Below the pieces are notes generated by a model. It did not search any database, was not told the origin of the DNA, and worked only from the letters and a program-made list of their open reading frames with translations. Both the position numbers and the translations under genes were made by a program. From positions 186,001-250,000 of the forward strand of contig OZ193909.1 in assembly GCA_964276515.1 (NCBI GenBank): a stretch of DNA of 64,000 bases, written 5' to 3'. Origin of the DNA: Gordius albopunctatus (Eukaryota). Shown piece after piece: positions 36,201 through 49,671 of this stretch. Every line of letters starts with the position of its first letter. Position 1 is the stretch's first letter.

Positions 36201-39200
36201 TGATTTGTTAGCTATACAAATCAAAAGTTAAAAAGTATGAATTCGCACATTAAAAGAAGGAATGGCATGCTCACCATGTGAAAGGGGCAAATGGCCCATC
36301 CTCCTTAATCTGTGCCCTTGATGGTCTCTAGGCCCGGCGTAGCTCTTTTATTAATGCCATGAAAATACATTAATAATATGTGTGCAAGGATTGGCTTTAC
36401 CTCGTTTAGCCGATCGTGTTCGTAGACTTTTTCACCTACGTCATACTCAAGGGCGAGTGGAGAACAAAAATCTCCCCTAAATTTTAGCCCGTTTTTGATG
36501 GCCTGTAATTGTTATTTCCATGAGAGATTGAGGAAAAGTAGTCAGAAATGGGGAATTACCTTAGGTGTATTGATGGTGGTGGGGGTGGAATGTGGGGCGG
36601 GGTGAGTCCTAGGCAGTCCCTGCCTCTGTCGCGTTATGATGCCCGATAACTTTTTAATGGTCACTTCCCGAGCAGACAATTTAGTTTTGAGCGCTAAGAC
36701 TTCGTTTCTCATCCTGGCTTCGCGGACTTGGCAATGGGTGGCAGTGGATTTTGCGGCGGATAAAGATTTATCCAAATATTGACATCGTGCTGCCAACTAA
36801 CACTCCAAATCGTGTATTTAAATGAGTGAAAAGCAACGTGGCATTCATTATATGTATTTTTAAGTGCTTCTTTAAAAGTTTATCCAAACGGGACTCATCA
36901 TATGTGTGTGTATGATGCTAATTTTTTTATACACCCCTTCCCCACTCTCCCCCAATAGGAAATTTAAAATCTTACTCCACACGTTTTTCCAAAAAATATG
37001 ACTCTTTTCCAATAAAATATACTTTCCTCGGTTATAGATTTAAGTCGTAAATTTGGTAGGTTTATATGAAGTTTAATTTTGTCGAGATAACAACGAACGA
37101 CTAAATTTAATTCGAATATTTTGAAAGGAAATGTTTTTTAAATATGGAAACCCATGAACCACGTCAACTTTAATATAATAACTGAAGTAAAATAAGATAA
37201 ATCTTATCGTGGAATATTATAGTAGGGTATCACAAAGTAACCCTGGTGTTTTCCTTCATAATTTGACTACTCGTGAGCAATTGGGCTTCGTTTAACGCAT
37301 CTTCTCGTTCTTTCAAACTTGCTTCCAGCCTGCACACCAAGGCATTCTGTTCGTGCCTCAACTTGTTCCAATCACGCTTGGCCTCCTACAAATCCAGAAT
37401 AATATTAAATTCCATAAATTGTAAAAGAGGATCAACCTCAAATTCTGTTGATTTAGCTTGCAATTTTTGTTGCAGGAGACGGTTGGATTGTTGCATTGTT
37501 TCGTCCCGCAATAATTCATTTTTCAGCTTGCCCAATTCCTGTCTCATCTCCGACAATTGCGACACGTAACTCGTTTCTTTCCTAACCAAAATTAAAAAAA
37601 TGTTCAATAAAACACAAAAATTTCTTTCTTTAAACACTAATCAATTGTTCTAAACAAATTCATAAATTATTCTAAAAGTATGCCTACTCTCGGTATTGTT
37701 TAGAAAGTTGAGTTTTTTGGTGGGTGACCTGATCGTAGAGCATTATCAAATTGCCTTTGAGTTCATCTATAACACGGTCACGTTCATTCAAAGCCCTTTC
37801 GAATGATTCTTGCTGATCTGCTAGCTGTTCAAATATACGGAATATTAAAAGGACAGAAACAATATTATCATCACCACCACTTGGGTACAGCTTTGTCCAG
37901 TGACCTTATCTAATTCCGGCTCATTTACACTTCTCATTGACTCCTTCATTACACTCACACCCTCGAGATTCTCTGATTCGTCAACCGCTTCTACCGACAA
38001 CTCCCTCTTCATTATTCTTTCTTTTTCAGCTTCCAATTTTTTGCATCGCGATTTTAGACAATCCATTTCCTAAACAAATGGGTCAAAATAAGGGAAAAAT
38101 TGTGGATTAAAAAAGTTGTATAATACTGATTAAAAAAGAGTATGACAAAATGGAGATAGTCAACCATTAAAAGCTCATGCGATGGGGACAAAGGAGCTTC
38201 GGAGTCAGACGAGCCTCTGAGCAGTTGTCTTAATTTCTCAAATTTTCCTTCGTCATACAATATAATCTCATTTAGGGTTGAGAGGCGTTCGGTCTAAAAT
38301 GATAATTATTATTTAAAGTAAATTGCCCTTTTAAAATATATTTTTAAATTTTTGGGCATGAAATTGTGGTGTTACTTTATCGGTGCTTGAAGTCTGGATC
38401 ATATTAATGGCAGCACCGTCTATGCATTTATTTGCTGCTTGTAACCGAGGATCATTCGATAACTTAAAAAACTATCTTAAAAATTAATGTGATAAAATAT
38501 ACCCCTTTTAACTCTTGGCACAAAACGTCTTTAAAGTTGATCAAAAAATTGATTTGCTTTTCCAACCTATAATAGCGGATTTCATTGATTGCATGCTTGT
38601 CCCCGTTACTTAAATCTTTATCATCGACGTTGTATTGGCTTTGGGGCAAATTAGTCATGCTCTTTTTAATCAATTTGTTTTCCATAACCTGAGTTCTCAA
38701 ATGCGAATTTTCCAGTTGCAAATAACGAAGCATTTCTACAACAATAGAATTGAATTATTCTACTACAAGCTTTAAAAGAGTCCATTTTAAACATAAAATG
38801 TCGCTAATTTTAATTAAACCTAATGATATATAAAGAAAGTATTGAACAATCTGTCTTTCAGTTATGATTGAAAAGTACCCCGATCGCCTAGTTGTCCTTT
38901 CAAATCCCATCGCTGGCGTAGGATCCTTATTTCGTGTCGGGCTAAACGAAACTTGGTGTGCCAATATTTGGAAGTGTCTAAGTTTTGGGGAACTGCCCCA
39001 CCATTCCAATCTGCTCCATCTCCTTTAAGGATCGAAGCACTCCACAATCTTTGTAGCAGAGGTGCGAGGGTGTGGGCAGCGGAATTAGGATTAGGACCAG
39101 GTTGTTGTCGCAATTGTATTTCCAACATCTGTACCCTATCATCCCTGTCCCCCAATTCAGCCTGCAAACGGGCGTTCTTCATTCTTTCCACTTCCAACTC

Positions 39201-42200
39201 AATCTCTAACCCGGCTCCGTCTCCGTTTTGCCCGGTTACGCTAGGCTTGGATTCACCTACAATCATAATTATTAATTAAAGGTTTAAAGGACGGGTGCGT
39301 TTCATTAGTTGGAAAGATGATCAAATAGATAAATAATTTAAATTTTTATAAATATCATGAAAAGATTGTAAAATTTATGAGGCAGGGGAGGGAATAATGC
39401 AATAACTCAATCTATCCTGTATCAGTTCCAAAGCCTTTTGCCATCTCTCCTTGGATTTGGTTTGGAATAGGAATTGCACTTTCATATCTTCCATTTCGCG
39501 AGTCGGTGCCATATTAGGGGACGTGACTGGGGTGGTGGTATTGCACATTTCGCCATATCTAAAAATATACAAATCCCCTCTTTTTACGTTTAGGTCTAAA
39601 AAAGTCCTCGGTTTTTATCCCCTTTACAAAGAAGGATTCTCTTAACTAGAGTTATAATGCTACACAAATCACAAATTTTCAGGGGGTTGCAGGGAGGGGC
39701 GGCTGCATCCCTCTAACACCAAAACTTTGTTAAAATTCATTAAAATTATGGGGCTAAAATGTTCCTTTTGCCCCTCCCCCCCCCCTCTAATTTCCATTCT
39801 GGCTTCGCCCATGAAAATTTTGCATTACGTCTTCAAAAAATTTGGATAAATTTATTCTCATAACTAGTACGCCATCAATACCATTCATGGCTTAAATACA
39901 AAATTTTGGCTATTTTACATAATTATTTGTTATTCTGCATCCCACATATGTATGGGTAGGCAAATATTTTCGGTGCCTCAACAATTTAAAAATTGATTTG
40001 ATCAAATGGCAATAGTAGTCTAGGGTGAAGCCTATCGTAATGTTACGATAGAAACAACACCAGCTAAATATAATGACTTTTGTAGCAAGTGTTGGCATAT
40101 TGGTAGGGGTATCGAGTTTTCCAGCTGAACCCTTAGCTCTTTTACGAATCGGTTGTCGTCACTCTTTAACGCCACCTCGTTCAGACTCTGATCTCCACGT
40201 TTCTTCTACAACATTAGTTCAAGATCGTGATATTCAAAACCATTTCATAGGGAGAATAAAGATATTAAAACTAAGTGCAAATGTGTTAATACCTGATGGG
40301 CCAGCAAAGTAACCACAATTTCTTCCAAAAAATCCTTTTGTTCCATCAAGTTTTCCAGGGCCAAGGCTGAAGGCACAAAACCATTATCCACCACTTCACC
40401 CTAAATCCATTTCGAGTAAAGGTTTAAAACATGTGCCGTAAAACTTGACAAGGCAGATAAAAAATTAAAAATTGCCTTAGCAGACTTAACAATTTAGCTT
40501 CTTAAATTATTTTTTACAATATTCTATTGATATCGCGGACCTCATTTTTTCCTTTCGACAATGCCTCATTCCCATTATATACGTGAGGATGATCGGTAAT
40601 TAAGGAAATTAAAGAATTTCTCATAGCTCCCAAGTCAATCGAAATTCCATCCTAAATTATTATTTATATAATGAGGGGTTTTTAATAATTTTGGATGAAA
40701 GAGATAAACAAATGTATAGTCTGGATATTTACTGATTTGCCTTTAGCTGAGGACGAATCCAGTTTCCGTGTCGCTTCGATTAATTCCAAGGTGTAATTAA
40801 CGAGTTTGTCTTTCAGGAGATCTCCTCTATCACCTTCAAATTGCGTGGCCTAAATGTGAATGGCAAATTGTGTACTAAGAGTCAGTCCCACTTAGTAATA
40901 TGTGAAAATTTTGAAATGAAATACTATTGAATAAAGAATGGAGGAGCGTTATTAGTAATATTTTGAAAACTTTTCTTCCACCAATGTCTGATTGTGACAG
41001 TGAGTGAGTACCTAAAACCAACAAACACCTTGTGATATTACCATGGGGGGGGGCGTCGCCAGGGGGTGGCAGGGAAGGGCGACTGCCCCCCCCCCACCTT
41101 TAATATAAAAAATTCTTTGAAGTTTACTATAATTTTGGCCAAATTTTCAAATAATTTTCCTTTTGCCCCTCCCTAAATCATTATTGCCCCCCCCTCTTGC
41201 TCAACAATTTGCCTCTAGCGAGAGGTCTTATCAGCCAGTGGTATTTATGAAGAAAAACTAATTTAAATGCAGACATATAAAAAGCTTGTATATTTTTACA
41301 CAAAAATAGTTCATTGATTTATAATATATTCTATTCCTCAAATTTTGCACCTCCTTGATCCAATCTCAACCATGGCGGGCCAGGGGCCTATAGTGTAATT
41401 AGTAGACTTCTTAGTCCTGAATTTTAAAGGCTGTGAAACGTTTGTGCTGGGGCTTTGAGGAGTTAGTGGAGGTCTTGGCACATGGGTAAATCAAGGCCAT
41501 TTTGTAAGAAATGATGGCACATTTAAGATTTTAGCATGACTTAATAGGTCTACTTAGTGCACTACAATTGATATGAACAAAAGAATTTGCAATAAATTCA
41601 TATCTATTCATACATTTCAATTTTTACAAAATTGAAGATTATGTTAAATATACTCATAAATGTTCAATCAATTATGCATGGGCATAGCCAGCATTGGAAT
41701 TAGAGGGGAGCAATAATGATTTGGGGGGGGGGGGGCAAAATGATCATTTTTTGAAATTTTAGCCCCATAATTTTAATAAATTTCAACAAATTTATGGAGT
41801 TAGAGGGGGCAGCTGCCCCTTCCTGTCCCCCCCCCCCGACTACACCCATGCCATTATATAACCCTTTTCCTCCAAATTTTTTTTATCAATCCAAGACCAT
41901 TATTTAAATCATGTTTAAATTTAGACAAAATAATATTGATAAACTAAACATGCTCTAAAATATTCTTTTGATTTAAAGACATAACAGAGAGCAGCTTAAA
42001 AGGTTCTTTTAAACAATTTCAAATTTTAATTGTGTTATATTGTACAATGCTCCTTAAAGCCAAAATTTGAGCTAATTTAATATACATTTCATGGTAAAGG
42101 AATTATAATAAATAATTTAAAGCATACTTTATTTGTTTGTTTGTGCCTTGAGGAATCTCCGGTATCTTTACCTAACAATTTTAAGCACTCAAATTTAAAT

Positions 42201-43005
42201 AAAATCATTCCTTTACCTTCAATTAAATGTTTTTCCAATAGCTGAACCAGAGAGTTTAATGCAGGACATACAAACTCTTGTGCCGTAGATTTATTTTCTA
42301 TAAAGAGATAATTAAAAATATAATTAATTGGTTTATTCACTTGTCATGTCAAACTCTTTGATTGCTGTATAGAGTTCATGCATAGCTTCCTTAAAAGTTT
42401 CTTTGAAGACTAAAATAGTGTCTAATGTATTTTCCTTGCCTTCATATTTTATATTTGTAAACAAATTAGGTTGCCCCTTTAAATCAAAAGTTCTAGGTGA
42501 AAAGTTGTTAAATAGATATTTTTTTTCCTTCCTAAATATATAATATATAAAATATAGGGTCCATTGTTATGGCTTAATATAAAGAGGCAATTCTAATGTA
42601 TTATGAACTATTAGGTAATCTTATATTTTACTGTTGCAAATTTTTTTTGTATGATTCATCATCAAAGACAAGTGTTTCATTAAATTCTTCATTTAAGGTG
42701 TCATCTGTTAGTACAAATGCTGTTGCATTTTCTATTAACATAATGTATAGTCTTTAAGACATATAAGAAATTACCAATATATTCCTCTTTTTCTGAGGAT
42801 GAAGTAGGCAGACAAATGTGTTTAATATTGGGCTAATTTAAATTAAAATATATATTTTTTTTTATAAATTTTTGTAAAGATTTTTAATTAAATGTTTATT
42901 CAATTAAAGGTCCTAATTTACTGGAAAAATTAGGCCTGGAGATGAAGCCGTATCCGAATTTCTTGGTGAAAACTTGGAAGATGAAGAATCTAATGTCTCA
43001 TTCAT
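33278..43005 (-). CDS. CEP290: Long multi-exon coiled-coil protein, probable divergent CEP290 (ciliary transition-zone) homolog
   Basis: ATG at 43005 and more than 20 exons with short introns. The C-terminal segments INVLKNIISQLRDRLNEL, AILADNYRL, ETFENTIMALEKELK, AKRALTEAAHRE and KLRYSY occur in the same order as CEP290 segments recalled from memory (IGLMKKVVEKVQRENEQL, KIIAENERL, RMYETKLKELETDI, LKQLVKEATERE, DLKYNY). The gene itself is confident; orthology is moderate. Confidence 0.55.
41677..41850. mobile_element. CATGGGCGTAGCCAG-family MITE (intronic)
   Basis: CATGGGCATAGCCAG...GACTACACCCATG with degenerate TSD CAATTATG/CCATTATA. Further copies near 22210-22350, 39680-39813, 41042-41230 and 49330-49380. 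Confidence 0.8.
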
Positions 43006-43247
43006 TTTGTATCGATTCAATTTTCACATGATTTAAAATTCAAATAAGTTATAGGTATAAAGTGGCTGAATAGAAATCAGCTGAGAATTATCCTTTCAAG
43101 TCAACTGGGAAACATACAACTGGGAAAAAACCACCTAATCTCACCAAACTAACAGTCAGCCGAACAACAACCACCTAATCTCACCAAACTACGAGGAGTG
43201 CATTATAATGGAAATTTATAATAACAATAGGTCATTATAAGCATATA

Positions 43248-43790
43248 TGTAAGTATTTACAAGCCCATGATCTAGTTTCTGTATTTATACTCAGATTAGG
43301 ACTATCACTTATTTGTTGAACAATAACAAATAAAATGATTTGTAAGTATTTACAAGCCCATGATCTACTTTCTGTATTTATACTCAGATTAGGAGTATCA
43401 CTTATTTGTTGAACAATAACAAATAAAATTATTTTCAAAATATTTGTAATACATAGCGAAATGTCATGTTTATATAGATTTTCGGGGTTAAAAACTAAGT
43501 TATTTTCAAATTTCCTAAAATGTATACAGTATAAGTATTTAATTTTAAGATTTGTAATACATAGCAAAATGATATATTTATATAGATTTTTAGGGTTAAA
43601 AACGAAGTTATTTTCAAATTTCCCAAAATGTATACAGTATAAGTATTTAAGTTTATATGTAATACATAGCAAAATGTCATGTTTATATAAATTTTTAGGG
43701 TTAGGAATAAAGTTATTTTCAAATTTATAATATTTACGAAAATTTTATTGTCATGTTTAAGATTTTTAGGGTTAGAAACTGTTATTTTCT
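43248..43790. repeat. Compound minisatellite: 2 x 93 bp followed by about 3 x 105-108 bp
   Basis: TGTAAGTATTTACAAGCCC at 43248 and 43341. TGTAATACATAGC at 43445, 43553 and 43658. Confidence 0.9.
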
Positions 43791-46136
43791 ATATTATAAA
43801 AAGATCAGCACAGTCTGCAGAAACATCTGATTTTTTGAAGGGTGTAACTATTTCTAACCCCCCACATTATTTATAATTATAAATTTTTTAAGTGTCTTTC
43901 TACAAAAGTTGTGATTAATAAAATATCTAGGCGGTTTTACTCAACTTATTTAGAATGCATGTTGCATACAAAGTGGATACAATGTTAAATTTAATTAGGG
44001 AATAAAATTAGTTTACGGCTATGATTATATCACTTCAACTTTTAAATTAACTTTATAAGCTAGCTTATTATACAATTTACACTGATATATTGTACAATAT
44101 TCTATTATATTCTTATATCTTACACTAATATATATTGTGCCATTCTTACCTTACAAAGAAAACTACAATATCATCCATTTATACTCCAATATAAAGTAAT
44201 CTATCACATTCATGCATTATCTTTAAGTAATTTAATGTTGTGCTATTTATAGCTTTTTATATTTATATTTATTATAAAAGTTATAAAATTATACAAATTT
44301 AACTTTAGAATCGTATGTTCATATGTTTTAAAAGCATTAACAACGACATCCATCCATCGTTTTTGTTGGATTGTATGTTTCCCAGTTGACTCGGATTCGA
44401 GAATTATGACACACGTGTCTTTAAATAAGTGCATAATAATAGTTATTAATCGTGTTTCAATCTTAGAAAAACAAGAATTAAATCCATAATTTTTCGACAA
44501 TATATCAAAACTATTGCAAAAATTTTTAAATTATTTATTTCGTGTCGGGCACTTTGGGCAGATTTAAAAACCCGGACATGGCTAGACGTGCTCTTGAAAA
44601 TGTTTAAGCGGACCCGGACCGGCAATTTAGTTATAAAATCAGGCAGGGTTGAATTTGGGCAAATCTCTTTTAACAGATCAGTCTTCTGCAAAGGTGTGAA
44701 ATCGGTGTATAAATACAAAAAGCTATAAAAAATAGACATTATAAGACAAGATTAATATTTCTTTTAACCGGCGAATTCTCTATCTAGAAATTGACCCGAT
44801 GTAAGCATTGTCGATGAAATTTTAATAACGCCAATTGAATATCTCAGTGTTGTGGTTATGGAGAGACAAAAAATTATATTTATAATAGTGTTTCGATCTC
44901 ATCTTGGTCTCGAAAAATCTGGTCTCATCTAGGGTGCGATTATGAGAATTCTGATCTCGTCTCGGGTTAGGAAAATCTCGGTCTCGTCTCGACGAGAATT
45001 CTCGACATGTCTCGACTTTAAAAAGTTTTTCTTATTATATAAATTTTTCCCCTGATTTTTATGTTAATTATGATATATAAAAAGAAAATGTAAAAAATTA
45101 AGGATGACTAACGAAAAATCCTATGAATGTTTGATATCGCTTGTGCTACTTTACTATATATTATCCGTTTTATATTTTATTCTGTTTTTTGATTATAACT
45201 TCAAATAAAATTTAATAATATATTTATACATGTTCTTATTACGCTTGTACACTACATTACTAAATTGTATAGAGTTACTTACCAAATAATACGAATAACA
45301 GTTACTATAGTATAAGCAGATTTAAATAAAATCATTAAATTTGTAAAGCTATCTTGTCTGCCACGACATGCAAAAATTGTTCAATTAATAAAAGATATCA
45401 AATATAGACACACTAAATTAAAAGTTTATTTATATTTAACTAAATTGCTTATTTGAACTGGCTGGTACCCTTTGTATGACAAAAATAATTAGACCCTTTA
45501 TATCTACATTTAAAACATTTGATATAACTCTTATGGATTTGTTTTTAAGGAATTTATTGCATTTTCATTTTTATATTGTCATAGAATTCACATAGGTGCG
45601 TTTGAATACTTCTCGTGATTATTTATAAACATAAGTAATTAGTTGCACACATTACAAGGTTTTAATAAAATTCATAAAAGTAGCATTGTTACTAAATTAA
45701 TAGCATAAAATTTTGAAGATTCAATATATTACACCAATTTTAAAATTAAACCATTCTATTATAGTGTAAAACCATATTATATTATGTCCCAAAATATATA
45801 ATTAGGCTTATATATTTTTGCTTTGCAAAATAGTAACATTTTCAGAAAATTTAATAGATTAGAATGCCCATGCCAGCTCCACTATCATAATTTAAAGGAA
45901 GTATGAATGGTAAAATAAATGCACAATGTGATTTTTAGCTTAAGAATTTTAGAGGTATGCTATGATGAGTTAAATCTTGGCAGACTCATGATTGAACTCA
46001 AAATCAATCGCTCGGCAGGCACAGACACTGCAGGGGGTTTAAAAAATCTTTAGTCAAATCTATATGCCCGTCTTAATATACGCTTCAACTTCAAGCGCGC
46101 CATAATTTTTTGTGTCTAAATATGCGATTCAACTAA

Positions 46137-47268
46137 ATGGATGCAATATCAATATTAATTCTTTTACTGAGTATGCATCAAAAAAATCTACTAGAAGAAA
46201 AAAAAATATATTATATAAACAAAGACATGTTTTTGGGGAGTTTTCTAATGATTAAAAATATTTTAAAGGATGATGAGTTATTTTATGATTATAAAAGGAT
46301 GCAACAAAGCACATTTTACTATATCTTGTCTCATATTGAAGAAGATATAAATCCTTCTAATGATAAAGTTGAATGGATAAGTCCAGCTGAAAGGTTGATG
46401 GTTACTTTAAGGTATATTATAAGAATAGATTATATTTAATTTTCAATTTAGATATTTAATATTGGGGGACTGTTTCAGGCAATTAGCCTTTTCTTTTAGG
46501 ATAAGTAGAAGTGCAATAGCCTATATAGTAAATGAAGTTACTGAAGCTATTGTAAAAAACTTGATGAAGATTCACATACCAATACCCAATCATGAAAATT
46601 GGAAAAAAGTAGGCATTATTTAATATAAAATAAATTATTCTTTAGATAGCAAAAGATTATGAGGAGATATGGAACTTTCCAAATTGTTTGGGAGCAGTTG
46701 ATGGAAAGCATATAAGGATTATCAAACCAGCAAAAGCAGGAAGCTGTTTCTATAACTACAAAGGATATCATTCCATTGTATTGATGGCTGTCTCAGATGC
46801 CAAATATAAATTTACTTATATTGATGTAGGAGCCCTAGGGTGTCAAAGTGACAGAGGGGTTTGGAAACACTGTTCCCTGTATAAAAAGATGAGGAAAATA
46901 GAAATTTTTTACCACATGATACCTATTTAACTAATACTCCTGTAAAAGTCCCATATGTATTCATAGCTGATGAAGCTTTTCAGCTATCAGAGTTTCTTAT
47001 GAAGCTATATCCAAGCTCTTCATTAAATGATGACAAAGTTATGTACAACAAAAGATTGGCAAGAGCCAGGAATTCTGTAGAATGTTCATTTGGAATATTG
47101 GCTAAAAAATTTGGGATTCTTGAGACCCCAATAAAAACTAAGCCTAAAAAGGCTGAAAAAATAATTCAAACAATTTGTATTTTGCATAATATTTTATTAG
47201 ATAAGGAATCGCCTTCTTATGATTATAATTTACACAATGCCCAAATTGAAAATACCCAACAGTTATAG
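46137..47268 (+). pseudogene. Harbinger (HARBI1-like) DDE transposase with two micro-introns (46412-46451, 46609-46645) and a frameshift near 46900
   Basis: ISPAERLMVTLRYL, WNFPNCLGAVDGKH, FYNYKGYHSIVL, ADEAF, ARNSVECSFGIL, LHN. Confidence 0.92.
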
Positions 47269-47516
47269 CCTGAGAACAACCCATCTTCTCACAGTGCTCA
47301 GAATATTAGAGAATTATTTAGTCAATATTTTAAATGTCATTCTTTACCTTGGCATTAAAACCATTATAATTTTTTTTTATTGTTTAATGAGTACTCTTAA
47401 TAAATTGTTATTCCTTTTAAGGGTTGTCAAGTTTAGCTTAGAGTTGTAATAATACACATAAACCTTTATTCATCATATAAAATGTATCATCAACTAATAT
47501 ATAAAAAATGCAATAA

Positions 47517-47954
47517 TCAATTATGTTTTAAATTTTCTAACAGTTGCAATATATTTAATTTGAAAAGTAACTTATTGTTATCATTCAGAGATTTGAAGTC
47601 TGCTAATAGTGAATCCAGAAAGATCTTTTCTGGATCACTAGAAATTTTGAGCTTTTCTTCTTCTATATTTATTAACCTAACCCATCTCTTAAGATTTTCC
47701 ACTTGGTTTTGCATTGTTCCACTATTAAAATTATAACATTTATTATAAAATATAACCTGGCAAGTTGCAATCATTGGCTACCAGTTGCCATGATTTGGCA
47801 ACCTCTAGTTTATTACTGTGAAGTTCATTTTCATCATCCCAAATAATGATTTGAGATTCCACACTTCTAATGAGTGTTTTTGTTTGTTCTTGCCTAATTT
47901 AAGAATTTATTATGCATTTAATAATTATTTTATTAGCTTACTCTATATTTTGCA
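47517..47954 (-). pseudogene. Harbinger companion DNA-binding gene remnant (MADF/BESS-type)
   Basis: C-terminal DPEKIFLDSLLADFKSLNDNNKLLFKLNILQLL resembles BESS. Convergent on the transposase and interrupted by stops. Confidence 0.7.
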
Positions 47955-49671
47955 TCCTGCAAATCGCGAATGAAATGAAGTAACAAAGAAGCAAAAATGA
48001 AGTGAAGCGTATATTAAGACGCGGCTATGTTTCAACATGTGTTTGCTTTTTTTGCTGCGAGTCAAAATCTTATTTTAAGACGCACCCTTACCAATTAAAA
48101 AGAGTTACACATAAAACAGAATGATGTAACTGTTGCGAAATTCGAAGATGTTTAAGTAATATTAATTACTATTTTATGAGAACTCATATTTGTATGTTTA
48201 TATTATATGAATGCTCAGGATATAAATTTAATAAATATATTACATAATTATTAAACAGCCTAAGGGATACAGTTAAAATTCAAATTTGACGCGGATATAT
48301 ATTTTATATTAGTCAAACTTACGTCTGTGAAATATCAAATATTAAAGAAATCCCAATTATATTAATTTACATTGAATCCTAAATGTAGATCATACAAAAT
48401 GGGAATATAAAGTAAAATTATGTATATACGATTATGATGGCTAATAAAGAAAATTTTAAGTTGTGATCTCGACTATAAAATTTCGTCTCGTCTCGATTTC
48501 AAAATTCTCGTCTCATCTCGTCGAGATTTTCTTGGTTTTTCCGCAACACTAATTTATATTAGGCTGTGGCTGTAACGTTGTTAGGGTATCGAGAGCATTC
48601 TTGATTCAACATGTCTCTTAGGTTTGAGAAAAAGCCAACCATAAGACATCCTATTTTAGTTGTTTGTATCATTTAAATCGCTTCAGTAAAATACAGCCAA
48701 AAAATCTTGAGTTTCTAGCAAAATAATTGGAGGATTTTGTGGAAACAAAACAAGTTAGAACTTGTTTTTTATCGAAAACGGTTCATTAACTTGTATAGTG
48801 TAGGATCAATAAAGGAGATAAAAATTTTATTTTTAAATAAACTCAATGGATTAAATGGAAACATTAGTAAGAATATTTTGCCACTTGGCAAATCTAGGTT
48901 TAGATTTAACATCTACATCATATAAATTAGCTTTCGCATGGTCAACACTGTTTCTTTTAAATTTTATCTGAGTTTAAATATATTAGCTAGTAGAATCACC
49001 TTTTGGATGTCACAATCCTCGTTCTGCGATTGTTTGCATAGTAAGGATGTATTGCTAAATAATTTATTAAGATGTGAAAGGGAAATCAAGTATTAAAATT
49101 TCCGATAGAACTACCCCTATAATTTATAAAATTGCTAATTACTAGGTGTGGGAGGGCCAGTTAAACTTATGGTGAAGATGCTCAACAAAGTTTTTTGGCA
49201 AGTAAATAAAAAAATATATATAAACTTTTAAAGTATTTATAAGTGTCTTAGTCTTTTATGCAACCATAAATACTCTTAATTCATTTGATAAAATATTTAT
49301 TAATCAAATTTTTGTTCTTGATTTAGGCTGGGGGTGGGATTATTCCGCTTTCCTTCCCTTCTCCCCCGGCTACACCCATGTTGAAGACTATGGCACCACT
49401 CCTTTTTCATACCATAACAATCATCAACCTTATATTCACTCAGTTCCTGCTACGGGTAAATAATGCGCGTTACAACATTTTATTTGTTTATTACAATAGT
49501 TTACACTATAATTTCAGTAATCTAAATGGATATTAAATTTTATCCTATTAGTGCGCTAAAAGGAACTAAAAGTCAATAAAATTTATAAATTTGTGCGAAG
49601 TTTACGAGTACTATTCACGTAACACAAGACCGTCAAGTGCAAACATAAATAAATAATTATAGAACGTGTTA

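Larger units (their letters stand above)
46066..48087. mobile_element. PIF/Harbinger DNA transposon (two convergent genes)
   Basis: Inverted repeat CGTCTTAATATACGCTTCA (about 46069) / TGAAGCGTATATTAAGACG (about 48003). Right end ...AAGACGCACCC|TTA. Confidence 0.85.
44886..48551. mobile_element. Non-autonomous hAT element (TAGTGTT...AACACTA) hosting a Harbinger
   Basis: CTCG/CGAG subterminal repeats at both ends. TSD ATTTATAA/ATTTATAT (7/8). Confidence 0.85.

Noticed and set aside
43235..43730. Overlapping ORFs and a CRISPR-like look of the repeat array
   Set aside because: The units are contiguous tandem copies without unique spacers. The ORFs are explained by AT-rich units with lengths divisible by 3, and the context is eukaryotic.
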